A stretch of DNA of 38,708 nt, taken from positions 1-38,708 of IMG/VR virus record IMGVR_UViG_3300023095_000006; one strand, 5' to 3'. This document shows, one piece after another, positions 16,760 through 25,904 of this stretch (position 1 is its first letter; each line of letters opens with the position of its first letter). A model generated the notes under the pieces. The model was not told the origin of the DNA, searched no databases, and saw only the letters and a list, made by a program, of their open reading frames with translations. A program made the translations under genes and the position numbers. The stretch is from a virus. Its lineage: Duplodnaviria; Caudoviricetes.

Positions 16760-16788
16760 TTTATTTTCTCCATTTGCTTTTGCCATAT

Positions 16789-16862
16789 AGCTTATCATAA
16801 ATAATAGTATTTTGCAAATACGTATTTATAACATTGCAAATATCATAAAAATATGCTATGCT
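16789..16862. promoter_or_regulatory. Divergent early promoter pair with palindromic operator
   Basis: Minus: TTGCAA-17-TAAGCT (16817-16789). Plus: TTGCAA-17-TATGCT (16834-16862). Both have extended TG. The palindrome AAATACGTATTT (16816-16827) lies between them. Confidence 0.65.
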
Positions 16863-16919
16863 TAACAAAAAAAATGAGGTGGATTATGAGTCAAAGAAAC
16901 AAACAAAAAAGGATTTTTT

Positions 16920-17105
16920 ATGATTGTCAAGTTAGAAACTGCTAGCGAGAGACCAAAAGTAAAAATAAATTATGTTACTAAAAGCCGTGCAAAAGTTATG
17001 AGTAACAAAATTTTTACTTTAAAAGATGTTATACTTCTATCAATTACGATTTTTACAGCTGGTCTAACGCTAGGTATAGCAATAATGCAAATTATGTCTC
17101 ATTAA
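16920..17105 (+). CDS. Small protein with C-terminal transmembrane helix
   Basis: AAGGA SD; hydrophobic VILLSITIFTAGLTLGIAIMQIM. Confidence 0.65.
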   Translation: MIVKLETASERPKVKINYVTKSRAKVMSNKIFTLKDVILLSITIFTAGLTLGIAIMQIMSH

Positions 17106-17197
17106 CTGCAACAAAAAAATTATAACGCAAATAAAATTCGCTAGGGTGCTATATATGCAATTACAATCGCAAATAACAAATTTTAATCAGTTAACAT

Positions 17198-17380
17198 GTG
17201 ACATATCTAAATTTGAATCAAAGATTAGAGCTATCGTTAATGAAAAATCAAAAAAAACTCTTGAGCGCTATAAAAATAACAATAGCATGTTATCAAAAAA
17301 TCGCGACTGCTACACTGAAAAATAGAGAATGGCTGGAATTAATGAGCAACTTGAGAATTAGAAACAACAAATTTTATTAA
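17198..17380 (+). CDS. Hypothetical basic protein (start uncertain, perhaps ATG 17240)
   Basis: 60-aa ORF in the early operon with a weak SD. Confidence 0.35.
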   Translation: MTYLNLNQRLELSLMKNQKKLLSAIKITIACYQKIATATLKNREWLELMSNLRIRNNKFY

Positions 17381-17401
17381 ACTTTCAACAGAGGATTTTA
17401 C

Positions 17402-17740
17402 ATGAAAAAACTTTTTACACTGGCATTAGCCTGCGTTATGTCTTTATCAGCATGCAATTTAACTGCGTCTGAAGATGCAAAAATTTACGTGAGAACAGAG
17501 AATGCTTATCAATGCAACAATCATTTTAGAGTGCAGTTAGATAGCGGCGACTGGATCGATGTTGGATCAGTCCACGGCGATCAGCAAGGCGTTTTTGTAT
17601 ATGCATCTTCTATTTTGCAGGGCCCTGATTGCTGGGAAATAGTGCAAGAGAAGACATGGAAATGTAAAAAATGTGGCAATAGCTGGCCTGTGCGTTTTCA
17701 AACATGTCCTAACGCAAATTGCCCCAACGAGTGGAAATAG
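17402..17740 (+). CDS. Exported protein/lipoprotein with C-terminal Cys4 motif
   Basis: GAGGA SD; MKK plus hydrophobic stretch and LSAC lipobox; C-terminal WKCKKCGNSWP..CPNANCP. Confidence 0.75.
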   Translation: MKKLFTLALACVMSLSACNLTASEDAKIYVRTENAYQCNNHFRVQLDSGDWIDVGSVHGDQQGVFVYASSILQGPDCWEIVQEKTWKCKKCGNSWPVRFQTCPNANCPNEWK

Positions 17741-17743
17741 CAT

Positions 17744-18052
17744 ATGAATAACGATTATTTAGATAGTGAAACGCGTGCTTTAGAAAATGAGATAAAGCTG
17801 GCTAAAAAAAATAAACGATCTGACAACAGATGTTTTATTATGCTAGCGATGATTATTCCCATGTTTTTTTTTACATTATCAGCAGATGCTAAGACACAGC
17901 ATGCAAAAAAGACTGAAAATGTGAAGAAAGGCAAAGGGAATGGCAAGAATTTTAAATGCCGTGACTGTAATGTAAATTATTGGATGTCGACTTCAGAAGC
18001 TGACTGGATGGGTAAATATTACTGTTCGCGCTGCGGAAAAGCTCTGAACTAA
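17744..18052 (+). CDS. Membrane-anchored protein with C-terminal Cys4 motif
   Basis: TM/signal segment CFIMLAMIIPMFFFTLSADA; CRDC..W..CSRCG. Confidence 0.7.
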   Translation: MNNDYLDSETRALENEIKLAKKNKRSDNRCFIMLAMIIPMFFFTLSADAKTQHAKKTENVKKGKGNGKNFKCRDCNVNYWMSTSEADWMGKYYCSRCGKALN

Positions 18053-18082
18053 AAAACGCGCTGTGAATAGGACACAGCGCGT
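18051..18082 (-). terminator. 10-bp GC hairpin with T-run oriented against the plus-strand operon
   Basis: AAAAA ACGCGCTGTG-AATAGGA-CACAGCGCGT on the plus strand. Confidence 0.55.
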
Positions 18083-18123
18083 CAGAGACAACACAAACAG
18101 ATTAACACTAAACAGGAATTCTC

Positions 18124-18744
18124 ATGAAAAAACAGCAGGACAAAAACGGATATATTCGCGTTACTCAAGTGCTAGCGCCTTTTTCCGATTTCTCGAACGT
18201 CCCTGCGGAGACTCTTCGAGCGGCGTCAGAACGCGGAACGCTAGTACACGAACTATGCGAATTATATGCGCTGGACTCATTAATAGAGCCTATTCCAGAT
18301 AATTGCAAGGGTTTTTTTGAATCATTTAAAAATTGGTTTGATTACAACGTTCACAGAGTCATTAACGTAGAAGAACGTCTCTATTCTGAAGAGCAGTCCT
18401 TTGATGAGTTGTTAGAAAATGGCGTGCATTTAAGCGAAGATCATTATTTTAAAAATATGAATTTAACTGGTCAATACGATTTGCTATGCACGCTGAAAGA
18501 TGCGCCTGATAAAACAATTCTAGTTGATTATAAGACCCCTGAAAGCTCTTCAAAAACTTGGCCCTTGCAGTCCGCTGCTTATAAAATGCTATTGCGTGAA
18601 ACACGCGGTATTAGCGTAGATCGTCGAATAGCGCTTATGCTAAAAGAAGACGGATCAGATGCTTTCGCATTAGAATTCACTGATTCGAATGACGAGCGTA
18701 ACTTCATGAAAGCCTACTGTCTGCACATTTATTTCAATTCGTAA
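18124..18744 (+). CDS. PD-(D/E)xK exonuclease (RecB/Cas4-like)
   Basis: RVTQVL, ERGTLVH, EERL, GQYDLL, LVDYKT and LQSAAY motifs. Confidence 0.85.
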   Translation: MKKQQDKNGYIRVTQVLAPFSDFSNVPAETLRAASERGTLVHELCELYALDSLIEPIPDNCKGFFESFKNWFDYNVHRVINVEERLYSEEQSFDELLENGVHLSEDHYFKNMNLTGQYDLLCTLKDAPDKTILVDYKTPESSSKTWPLQSAAYKMLLRETRGISVDRRIALMLKEDGSDAFALEFTDSNDERNFMKAYCLHIYFNS

Positions 18745-18782
18745 TCGTCATATTTTCAATGATTTATGTTCTTTTATTGTTA

Positions 18783-18829
18783 AATGAACATATTCAATCC
18801 TTGTGTGAATATGTTCATTATGTTATATT
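18783..18829 (+). promoter_or_regulatory. Promoter overlapped by a 14-bp perfect inverted repeat (operator)
   Basis: AATGAACATATTCA-9nt-TGAATATGTTCATT; TTGTGT-17-TATATT with extended TG. Confidence 0.6.
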
Positions 18830-18924
18830 AGTGGTATCAAAGCAAGTCTCACTCGCAGCAAATAGCTAACAGTTTGTAGCAGCTAAGATGACAAACACTA
18901 ACATAAAAAACAGAGAGATTGAAA

Positions 18925-19188
18925 ATGAAAAAGCAAATAATTTTTAAAGGTGAATCATATGACTTCGATAAATTTGAAAATGAAATAGAAGTTTTTGAAT
19001 TGAATGATGAAGAGCTAGACGAATATTTTGACTTACTTCCTAAATACTCATCTGATTTTTCAAAAGAAACAATTACTTGGACGGGTGATGAATACATTAA
19101 AGGCTATAAAACTTTCTTAAATGATGAGCGTTATGAAGATGATGAAATTTTAGAGATGAGAAATTTTTATAAAACTAATTTTAACTAG
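18925..19188 (+). CDS. Highly acidic small protein
   Basis: 24 D/E in 87 aa; first gene after the operator-bearing promoter. Confidence 0.7.
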   Translation: MKKQIIFKGESYDFDKFENEIEVFELNDEELDEYFDLLPKYSSDFSKETITWTGDEYIKGYKTFLNDERYEDDEILEMRNFYKTNFN

Positions 19189-19201
19189 GAATGTTTTTAA
19201 A

Positions 19202-19345
19202 ATGTTTGATGATTATTTCGATTATGAATCTTTTGAAAATGAGATCGATCCGGGCGACTATTTAGAAGAAATAGATCGCACAGAAGATGACTGCCCAGGG
19301 TGTTCGGGCAGGGGTTGCAATTATTGTTTATGTGTTAATTATTAA
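19202..19345 (+). CDS. Acidic 47-aa protein with C-terminal Cys cluster
   Basis: Not in ORF track: MFDDYFDYESFENEIDPGDYLEEIDRTEDDCPGCSGRGCNYCLCVNY, with an AGGA SD. Confidence 0.7.
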   Translation: MFDDYFDYESFENEIDPGDYLEEIDRTEDDCPGCSGRGCNYCLCVNY

Positions 19346-19359
19346 AAAAGGAAAATAAA

Positions 19360-19614
19360 ATGAAAAAGTTAATTTTAATTATGTGTTGCTTAATTTCTGT
19401 TTGTCATGCAGATAAATTAGATGAGCAAGTTTTAGCAAATATGAGCTTTGAAACTAGGCAACAAATATTTATTAATGCTGAAAAAGAATGGCCCGGCAAT
19501 TATAAAATGATGGTTTATGAAGCTGAAAGACAATTTGAAGCATATATAAAATATGAAAAAGCAAAAATGATTATTCTTGTTAAACATGCTAATGATTTTA
19601 ATACGAAAAATTAA
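19360..19614 (+). CDS. Secreted small protein
   Basis: Signal peptide MKKLILIMCCLISVCHA; AEKEWPGNYKMMVYEAERQFEAY motif. Confidence 0.7.
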   Translation: MKKLILIMCCLISVCHADKLDEQVLANMSFETRQQIFINAEKEWPGNYKMMVYEAERQFEAYIKYEKAKMIILVKHANDFNTKN

Positions 19615-19678
19615 AATTAAATTGAAAATGCAATAAAAAGTTTTTAAGTAATTTTAAATTATTATAAGGAGTTTGAAA

Positions 19679-19840
19679 ATGAATAGAGGCGGATTTAGCT
19701 GGAAAACATTCCTAGGAATGACAGCGCAAAAAAGAAAATTATCAAAGTCAATCGGCGTGCCTTTAACAAAATCCGGCAGAAAATACGCTGCGGGCAATGG
19801 CAATATTTGGGCAATGATTATTAATTTATTATTTAAATAG
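19679..19840 (+). CDS. Small basic protein of a widespread phage family (GFSWKxxLG...GxPLTKSGR)
   Basis: Not in ORF track: MNRGGFSWKTFLGMTAQKRKLSKSIGVPLTKSGRKYAAGNGNIWAMIINLLFK, with an AAGGAG SD. Confidence 0.7.
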   Translation: MNRGGFSWKTFLGMTAQKRKLSKSIGVPLTKSGRKYAAGNGNIWAMIINLLFK

Positions 19841-19855
19841 AAAGGTAATATAAAA

Positions 19856-20113
19856 ATGGAATGTAGAGCACCGACTGAATACGAAAATGAGAGAATTAAA
19901 GAAATTTTAAATGATATATTTAAACTATTAAATGAAAAATTAACAAAAGAAGAAATGGAAGATTTTAATTTGCCTGCAAATATGCTAATTACTGCATTAA
20001 TAAATCTTTCTTTTCCTTTCATTAGAACGATTGAATCTAAAAAAAAATTTGCTTTTCAGGTTGCAGCAGGAATGATTAAAATTTTTGAAGCAAAGGAAAA
20101 AAATGGAAATTGA
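19856..20113 (+). CDS. Hypothetical protein
   Basis: 85-aa ORF with AAGG SD. Confidence 0.6.
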   Translation: MECRAPTEYENERIKEILNDIFKLLNEKLTKEEMEDFNLPANMLITALINLSFPFIRTIESKKKFAFQVAAGMIKIFEAKEKNGN

Positions 20114-20720
20114 TTTTGATAAAATAAATGATGAGATTTTAGTAAATGACATCAATCACATTGACGATACGATAGAATTTACAAAATCATTGATGATGCG
20201 AGATGCGGGAGCGGGGGAGTTTTTAGAAAAACTAGTCGATTTTAAAATTATTGATCGATCATCAGCTAAAGAATGTCTCACGCTCTCGCTTCAAGCGCGA
20301 AAAATCAGAAAAGAGCTTGATAAACGACGGCTAGAAATCATTAAGCCGTATTTTGAATTTCAAAAATCAATCAATGCTTTTTCTAAAAATCTGAAAGAGC
20401 AGCTTGAAAAAATTGAAAATGATCTTAAAGAAAAACTAGTCGCTTATGTAGAGAAAAGTAAAGAGAAAGGCTTAGAATTTCTGCTCAATAAATCAATAAA
20501 AGTTGATGATGGCAAATTCTCAACAAAAAAAGAATGGCTGTTTAAGCTCGAAAACGTTGATAAAATTCCACGCGAGTTTCTTTGCGTTGATAAAATAAAA
20601 ATAAAAAAAGCAATCGATCAAGGTGTTAGAAATATTCCGGGAATTTACATTTATGAGACTGATAAATTTTCAATTCGCGTGAATAATTCAATTGAAAAAC
20701 AAATAGAGTTTGATGTATAA
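20103..20720 (+). CDS. Coiled-coil recombination-associated protein (gp157/Gam-like architecture)
   Basis: Coiled coil, then KEWLFKLENVDKIPREFLCVD..GVRNIPGI; adjacent to ERF; start ATG 20103 after AAGGA. Confidence 0.65.
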   Translation: MEIDFDKINDEILVNDINHIDDTIEFTKSLMMRDAGAGEFLEKLVDFKIIDRSSAKECLTLSLQARKIRKELDKRRLEIIKPYFEFQKSINAFSKNLKEQLEKIENDLKEKLVAYVEKSKEKGLEFLLNKSIKVDDGKFSTKKEWLFKLENVDKIPREFLCVDKIKIKKAIDQGVRNIPGIYIYETDKFSIRVNNSIEKQIEFDV

Positions 20721-20768
20721 TATCGCTTGTAGAGACAATATGAACGCGATTACACAAGGAAAAATATT

Positions 20769-21482
20769 ATGAATACTGAAAATAAATATCAGTCAGAATC
20801 AATTGATTTGCTAGCTATATCATTAGCTAAAGCACAAGGAAAGATCACTGTAGCTATTGAAGATAAAAAAAACCCGCATTTTAAATCGACATATTCAAGT
20901 TTAAATAGCATTTGGGACGCGTGCAGGTCTGCAATTTCTGAAGAAGGCCTTTCAGTAACTCAAATTATGCAGCCAAGCGCTACATCAATCGATTTAATTA
21001 CTATTTTGCTGCATGAGAGCGGGCAGTGGATTAAATCAGTTTTGCCTATTCCGTCTTTACAGCTAACACCGCAGCAACTAGGCAGCGCAATTACTTATCT
21101 GCGTCGTTATAGTTTATCTGCAATCGTTGGAGTTGCGCCGGGCTTTGAAGATGATGGCGAAAGTGTTAGAAATGAAAAGATTCAATCGACACCGTCAGTT
21201 AAAGCTTTATCAAAATCTGAAATTGATTCTTTTGTTAAGCGTAATTCAATATTTGAAAAAACGCAAATTCATGAATATTTAAATCACGTTGCAGAATCTA
21301 AAAAAATGAGCTTTGATGAATGTTTGCAGTTATGTTGCAAAAACGAAAAATCCTTTTTGCAGGCTTTTAATGAACGTAAAGCCAGACAAAAAAGATTAGA
21401 AGAGGAAAGCACAAAGAATGAAACTGAATGTAAAGCGGATTTACATGCAGAAGAAACACAATCTGAACAAGAAAATCAATAA
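20769..21482 (+). CDS. erf: ERF-family single-strand annealing recombinase
   Basis: LAKAQ, NPHFKSTYSSL, LLHESGQWI, QQLGSAITYLRRYSL and EDDG motifs. Confidence 0.92.
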   Translation: MNTENKYQSESIDLLAISLAKAQGKITVAIEDKKNPHFKSTYSSLNSIWDACRSAISEEGLSVTQIMQPSATSIDLITILLHESGQWIKSVLPIPSLQLTPQQLGSAITYLRRYSLSAIVGVAPGFEDDGESVRNEKIQSTPSVKALSKSEIDSFVKRNSIFEKTQIHEYLNHVAESKKMSFDECLQLCCKNEKSFLQAFNERKARQKRLEEESTKNETECKADLHAEETQSEQENQ

Positions 21483-21694
21483 GGCATACACCCCGTTAAA
21501 TTCTTTGGTGGCTCTACTGCATTCGGCGCAGTAGGGCCATCTTGACATAATTCTAGTCTAAGCGACTTAATTTTTTCAATTTCTTTTTCATTTAGAGAGT
21601 AACGAGGAAAGAATAAAATAACTAGAATTAGAAATGTAAAATAAATAATTATCATATAACGCAAGCTTTTATCATCTTTCAATTTACTATTCAT
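21476..21694 (-). CDS. Single-TM membrane protein (possible lysis component)
   Basis: YMIIIYFTFLILVILFF TM segment; last gene of the late operon. Confidence 0.55.
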   Translation of the reverse strand: MNSKLKDDKSLRYMIIIYFTFLILVILFFPRYSLNEKEIEKIKSLRLELCQDGPTAPNAVEPPKNLTGCMPY

Positions 21695-22266
21695 AATAAA
21701 ACTTCTTGAGAATTTTTAAACGTAAAAGTCGGTGTGCCTAAGTTATTAGCTGTGCGTAGTCTAACGTAAAGGCCAGCTTCTACAATTCTGCTTATGTCAG
21801 CTGTTTCAGTCTGATTTAAATTTAGTCCGACAGCTAGCGCGCCAGTATTCGCATTCGTAAAAGAAGCGATCGTTTTAACATTTGTTGTGAATGCTAAATT
21901 CTCTGCTGTCTCAAAAAAGACAGTTCCTGAAGCTCCTGCAAGCAAAGAAAGTGATGTTGTTATGTCTATGCTGTATGAAGCCTGGCAATCGCGCGTTACG
22001 CTTATTTGATAGACTGTATTAAGAGTGCGAACAGGGTTTGAAAAAATTCTTTTCGGGATCATCGCTTGAACTTGCGACATGTATGTTAACTGTGTCCAGA
22101 CTTGGGAAACACCGCCATCGATACAGAAATACAGAATATTTGTTAAAGAATTTAAAAAATATTCTCCTAAGCTTGCATATGTTCCAAAAGAATTATGAAC
22201 GCTAGTGTCCGGAACGCCCGCGTAAACCCACAATCTTCCACCGGCATTTAAAAAATTAGTTTCCAT
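21691..22266 (-). CDS. Tail-fibre-associated structural protein
   Basis: 191 aa, beta-rich C-domain; follows the long fibre gene. Confidence 0.55.
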   Translation of the reverse strand: METNFLNAGGRLWVYAGVPDTSVHNSFGTYASLGEYFLNSLTNILYFCIDGGVSQVWTQLTYMSQVQAMIPKRIFSNPVRTLNTVYQISVTRDCQASYSIDITTSLSLLAGASGTVFFETAENLAFTTNVKTIASFTNANTGALAVGLNLNQTETADISRIVEAGLYVRLRTANNLGTPTFTFKNSQEVLL

Positions 22267-22280
22267 AATCCTTCCTTTTT

Positions 22281-25200
22281 TTAACTCACTTTAGTAACAC
22301 TAAAATAGGTCCATTGTCCGAAAAAGTCCCCTTGGTAACCCACGGTTTTAGTCGCTCCGCCGACAAAGCCGCTCATTTTCATTGTTTGCCCGGCTGTTAA
22401 ATATTTTGCAAGCAATATGCTTTGAGAAAAAATATTATTAATGCTTCTTGAAGCGGCCGGATTTCCCTCGATCAAATGTTGACTTCCATCACTGCAATTT
22501 AAAACGACTTGTGAGCGCGTATTAGAAGAGTCTAGATTAATCCACGCGATTGTACCTATGAACTGATAAAGGCCTGTGCTCGGTGCTGTATAAACGCCTG
22601 TTGTCGCATTATAGTTTGACCCTCCTTGCTGGAAAACAATCGTATCACAAATAATATCTACTAATACGTAGCTATCACCCGTAACATTCGGAACACTTGC
22701 CGAGGAAACTCTAGCAGAAAGGACAGGCTGAACAGGCAAAGTTGGCGTTGCCCATGTCGCATCTCCACGCCAAAACGTTGTAGCGCTTGCTGCTGTACCG
22801 CTATTTAAATTCGCAACCGGTAAATTTCCAGTAACGCTATTTGCTAAATTTACTTGTGTCCATGTCGCATCACCGCGCCAGAAAGTTGTAGCGCTTGCGC
22901 CTGTGCCGGAATTAAGATTCGTTACAGGGAGATTCCCAGTCACGCCATTAGTTAAGTTAACCTGTGCCCACGCAGGATTATTAGTAGTGCCTGTATTTGA
23001 TAAATAGCGCGTAGCTGTAGCACTTTTCGCTAATTTAGCAAGCGTATTCGTTGCAGAAGCGTATAAAATATCTCCTTGCGCATAACTTGTTTGCGCAGTT
23101 CCTCCGAACGTTGCTCCTATAGCAGTTGCATTCCAAGTGCCTGTTGTGACAGTTCCCAAAGTTGTTATTGAAGCCTGTCCAACATAGCTAGCAGAAATAT
23201 CAACAGTAGCTGCCGGGCCTGTGCCATTCGTTACACTGACTCTATTTGTTGTACCCGTAATACTTGTAATTGAACCCGCAGAAGCTTTCCAAGTGGGACT
23301 ATTTCCAGCACCATTACTTGTTAAAACATAATTTAAAGTTCCAAAACCAAGATCGCTCAGCTGACCCGAGCTATTTACAGCGACAGGGGAAGAGGCTGCA
23401 ACTGTTACTGCATATATACCGGCTGTGAAGTTTCGAGTTTGAAGTGATTGAGTTCCTACTCTCAAAGTATTAGATTCTCCCGAGACTCCCGAACTCCCAA
23501 TACAAATATTTCTAGATTCTGAACTGCTATATGCAGAACCTGCTTGAGATCCTAAAGCTGTGTTATATTCACCAGTTAAAAGATTTTCTAATGCGTGATT
23601 GCCTATGCCACAATTAGAGTTTCCTGAAACCAGCTGAAAAAGTGTATTTCCACCCACGGCTAAATTATCAGATGCTGTAACAGCTCTTTTTAATGCAGCG
23701 TATCCAAAACCAACGTTTGATATAGCATCTGTTATGCTCGATCCTGCATCAAATCCAAAAAAAGTATTTGTTGAACCTGTCGTTATAGAGGCACCTGACG
23801 AACCGATCATCAGATTATCTATTCTAAAATCTAATGTTTGCGTTCCTGTAGTGCCGACAAATTTAAGTGTCGTATTTGCAGTTAATAAATTAATATTTCC
23901 TGACACCGGTGAGATAGGGCCCGGTGAATTTCCTGTAATAGTTTGAATACCCGTAGCTGTTGGTGTGGCCCATGTGCCGTCGCCTCTCCAAAATGTAGTT
24001 GCACTAGCAGATGTGCCGCTGTTTAAATTAGTGACTGGTAAATTACCGATAACACCTGTTGTCAAACTAACTTGATCCCACTGCGGGTTGTTCAGAGTAC
24101 CTGTATTAGCAAGATAACGCGTAGCAGTAGTGCTTTTGGCTAGTTTAGAGAGTGTGTTAGTTGCAGAAGCGTATAAAATATCTCCTTGCGCATATGTGGT
24201 TTGCCCTGTTCCCCCGAAAGTCGCTAAAATTGGCGAACCGTTCCAAAATCCTGTAGTTACTGTGCCGAGCGTGGTGATACTAGTCTGTCCTACATACGCA
24301 GCATCTATATCAATGATCGGATTAACTCCGCCGGTGGACGTGATTCTATTAGCTGTGCCAGATACGGAATTTACGTTACCGACTACAGGAGTTTGCCATG
24401 TAGGAACGCCTGCAATAATTGTTAGAACCTGATTTGTTGCGCCGGCGGTCAGCTTTGAGAGTGCGCTAGAGCTTGAAGCATATAAGATATCTCCAACGGC
24501 ATAGCTTGTCTGTCCTGTTCCTCCGTAAGTAGCAGTTAGGGGAGTGGCATTCCATGTTCCTGTAGTCACTGTACCGAGAGTAACGATTGATGTTTGTCCC
24601 GCATACGTCGCAGCGATATCTATTACAGGATTAGCGCCACCCGTTGAAGTAATGCGGTCTGTAGTTCCGAGAACGCTGTTAACTCCCGTAAATGTTGGTG
24701 TGGCCCATACACCATCACCACGCCAGAACGTTGCTGAGCTTGCTCCAGAGCCAGAATCTAGATTTATAGGTGCTAAATTTCCTATAACTCCGTTTGCTAA
24801 ATTAACAAAGTCCCACGCTGGATTGTTATTAACGCCTGTGTTAGCTAGATAGCGAGTAGGATTTGATGCTTTAGAGAGCTTTGCAAGTGTGTTTGTTACA
24901 GAAGCATAGAGTAAATCGCCTTGCGCGTAGCTACTCTGTCCTGTACCTCCGAATGCCTCTGTAACTATAGAAGCGTTCCAGGTGCCTGTAGTGATTGTGC
25001 CGAGAGTTGTTATCGAAGCTTGACCAACGTAATTAGCTGCAATGTCTATAACAGGGTCTTGACCGCCAGTCGAGGTTATGCGATTTGCGGTACCGGTGAC
25101 ACTGTTAACACCTGTTGTATTCGCGCTAGCCCACGTGCCATCTCCACGCCAAAATGTCGTAGCACTAGCGCCTGTGCCGGAATTTAGATTATTTACAGGG

Positions 25201-25610
25201 AGATTGCCTGTTACTCCGTTCGCTAAATTTATCTGATTCCAAGCAGGAGTATTTCCAGGCCCTGAATTTGATAAATATCTAGAAACATTCGTATCGATAG
25301 CTAGTTTTGAAAGAACATTCGGTGCAGATGCATAGAGAAGATCACCTGTGGCGTAGCTTGTCTGACCAGTCCCGCCGAATGTTGGCCCTATGGGAGATCC
25401 ATTCCATGTGCCTGTTGTGACAGTGCCTAAAGTCGTTATTGAAGCTTGTCCAACATAGTTAGTCGCGATATCAATAACGGGATTAGCGCCCCCGGTAGAC
25501 GTAATGCGATTCGGCGTGCCGAAAACCGCTTCAACATTCCCGCCGCCGCCTCCACCATCTCCCGTTCTGTCAAATTTTGATGTAAACTGGTTGATGATGT
25601 AGCGCGCCAT
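22281..25610 (-). CDS. Long repetitive tail fibre/adhesin with C-terminal C1q-like domain
   Basis: Five ~142-aa repeats, a 14-residue-periodic NxxxG beta-solenoid block, and C-terminal [18 protein letters not shown]. Confidence 0.85.
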   Translation of the reverse strand: MARYIINQFTSKFDRTGDGGGGGGNVEAVFGTPNRITSTGGANPVIDIATNYVGQASITTLGTVTTGTWNGSPIGPTFGGTGQTSYATGDLLYASAPNVLSKLAIDTNVSRYLSNSGPGNTPAWNQINLANGVTGNLPVNNLNSGTGASATTFWRGDGTWASANTTGVNSVTGTANRITSTGGQDPVIDIAANYVGQASITTLGTITTGTWNASIVTEAFGGTGQSSYAQGDLLYASVTNTLAKLSKASNPTRYLANTGVNNNPAWDFVNLANGVIGNLAPINLDSGSGASSATFWRGDGVWATPTFTGVNSVLGTTDRITSTGGANPVIDIAATYAGQTSIVTLGTVTTGTWNATPLTATYGGTGQTSYAVGDILYASSSSALSKLTAGATNQVLTIIAGVPTWQTPVVGNVNSVSGTANRITSTGGVNPIIDIDAAYVGQTSITTLGTVTTGFWNGSPILATFGGTGQTTYAQGDILYASATNTLSKLAKSTTATRYLANTGTLNNPQWDQVSLTTGVIGNLPVTNLNSGTSASATTFWRGDGTWATPTATGIQTITGNSPGPISPVSGNINLLTANTTLKFVGTTGTQTLDFRIDNLMIGSSGASITTGSTNTFFGFDAGSSITDAISNVGFGYAALKRAVTASDNLAVGGNTLFQLVSGNSNCGIGNHALENLLTGEYNTALGSQAGSAYSSSESRNICIGSSGVSGESNTLRVGTQSLQTRNFTAGIYAVTVAASSPVAVNSSGQLSDLGFGTLNYVLTSNGAGNSPTWKASAGSITSITGTTNRVSVTNGTGPAATVDISASYVGQASITTLGTVTTGTWNATAIGATFGGTAQTSYAQGDILYASATNTLAKLAKSATATRYLSNTGTTNNPAWAQVNLTNGVTGNLPVTNLNSGTGASATTFWRGDATWTQVNLANSVTGNLPVANLNSGTAASATTFWRGDATWATPTLPVQPVLSARVSSASVPNVTGDSYVLVDIICDTIVFQQGGSNYNATTGVYTAPSTGLYQFIGTIAWINLDSSNTRSQVVLNCSDGSQHLIEGNPAASRSINNIFSQSILLAKYLTAGQTMKMSGFVGGATKTVGYQGDFFGQWTYFSVTKVS
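22740..25535 (-). repeat. Intragenic ~426-bp repeat units in the fibre gene (starts at 25535, 25109, 24683, 24374, 23270)
   Basis: Repeated [11 protein letters not shown]..[14 protein letters not shown]..GDx[17 protein letters not shown]. There is a 35-bp exact DNA match between 23050-23084 and 24160-24194. Confidence 0.9.
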
Positions 25611-25643
25611 GGGGAAACCTCGATTTTGTATTTAGATAAATTC

Positions 25644-25904
25644 TTATGAAAAATAGCTAGCCCTCTGCGACCAGGCATACTTAAACCCGACACCCCCTAG
25701 CGGAAGCCTGCTTCTTACAGCTATATCACCCACGTACTCAGTTTTTTGAACGTACCATACAAGCGCATCTACTGAAGCATCTACTATCGTAGTCCAGCCT
25801 ATGTAGATTACATTCCCATTTCCATCACTCTCATAACGACGCTCTAGCATGTCATCGTTATCTAAAATGCCTGCAAATTGCTCAAAATTCGTATAGGGAT
25901 TCAT
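25644..25904 (-). CDS. Small virion protein, putative fibre adaptor
   Basis: VIYIG..WYVQK..FKYAWSQRASY motif directly upstream of the fibre gene. Confidence 0.55.
   Translation of the reverse strand: MNPYTNFEQFAGILDNDDMLERRYESDGNGNVIYIGWTTIVDASVDALVWYVQKTEYVGDIAVRSRLPLGGVGFKYAWSQRASYFS

Noticed and set aside
16886-16945. 19-aa ORF MSQRNKQKRIFYDCQVRNC with a GAGG SD after the rightward promoter
   Set aside because: Too short to support without conservation data; it overlaps the 16920 gene.
22281-25610. Diversity-generating retroelement TR/VR pair
   Set aside because: No reverse transcriptase; the repeats are in-frame protein repeats without adenine-specific differences.
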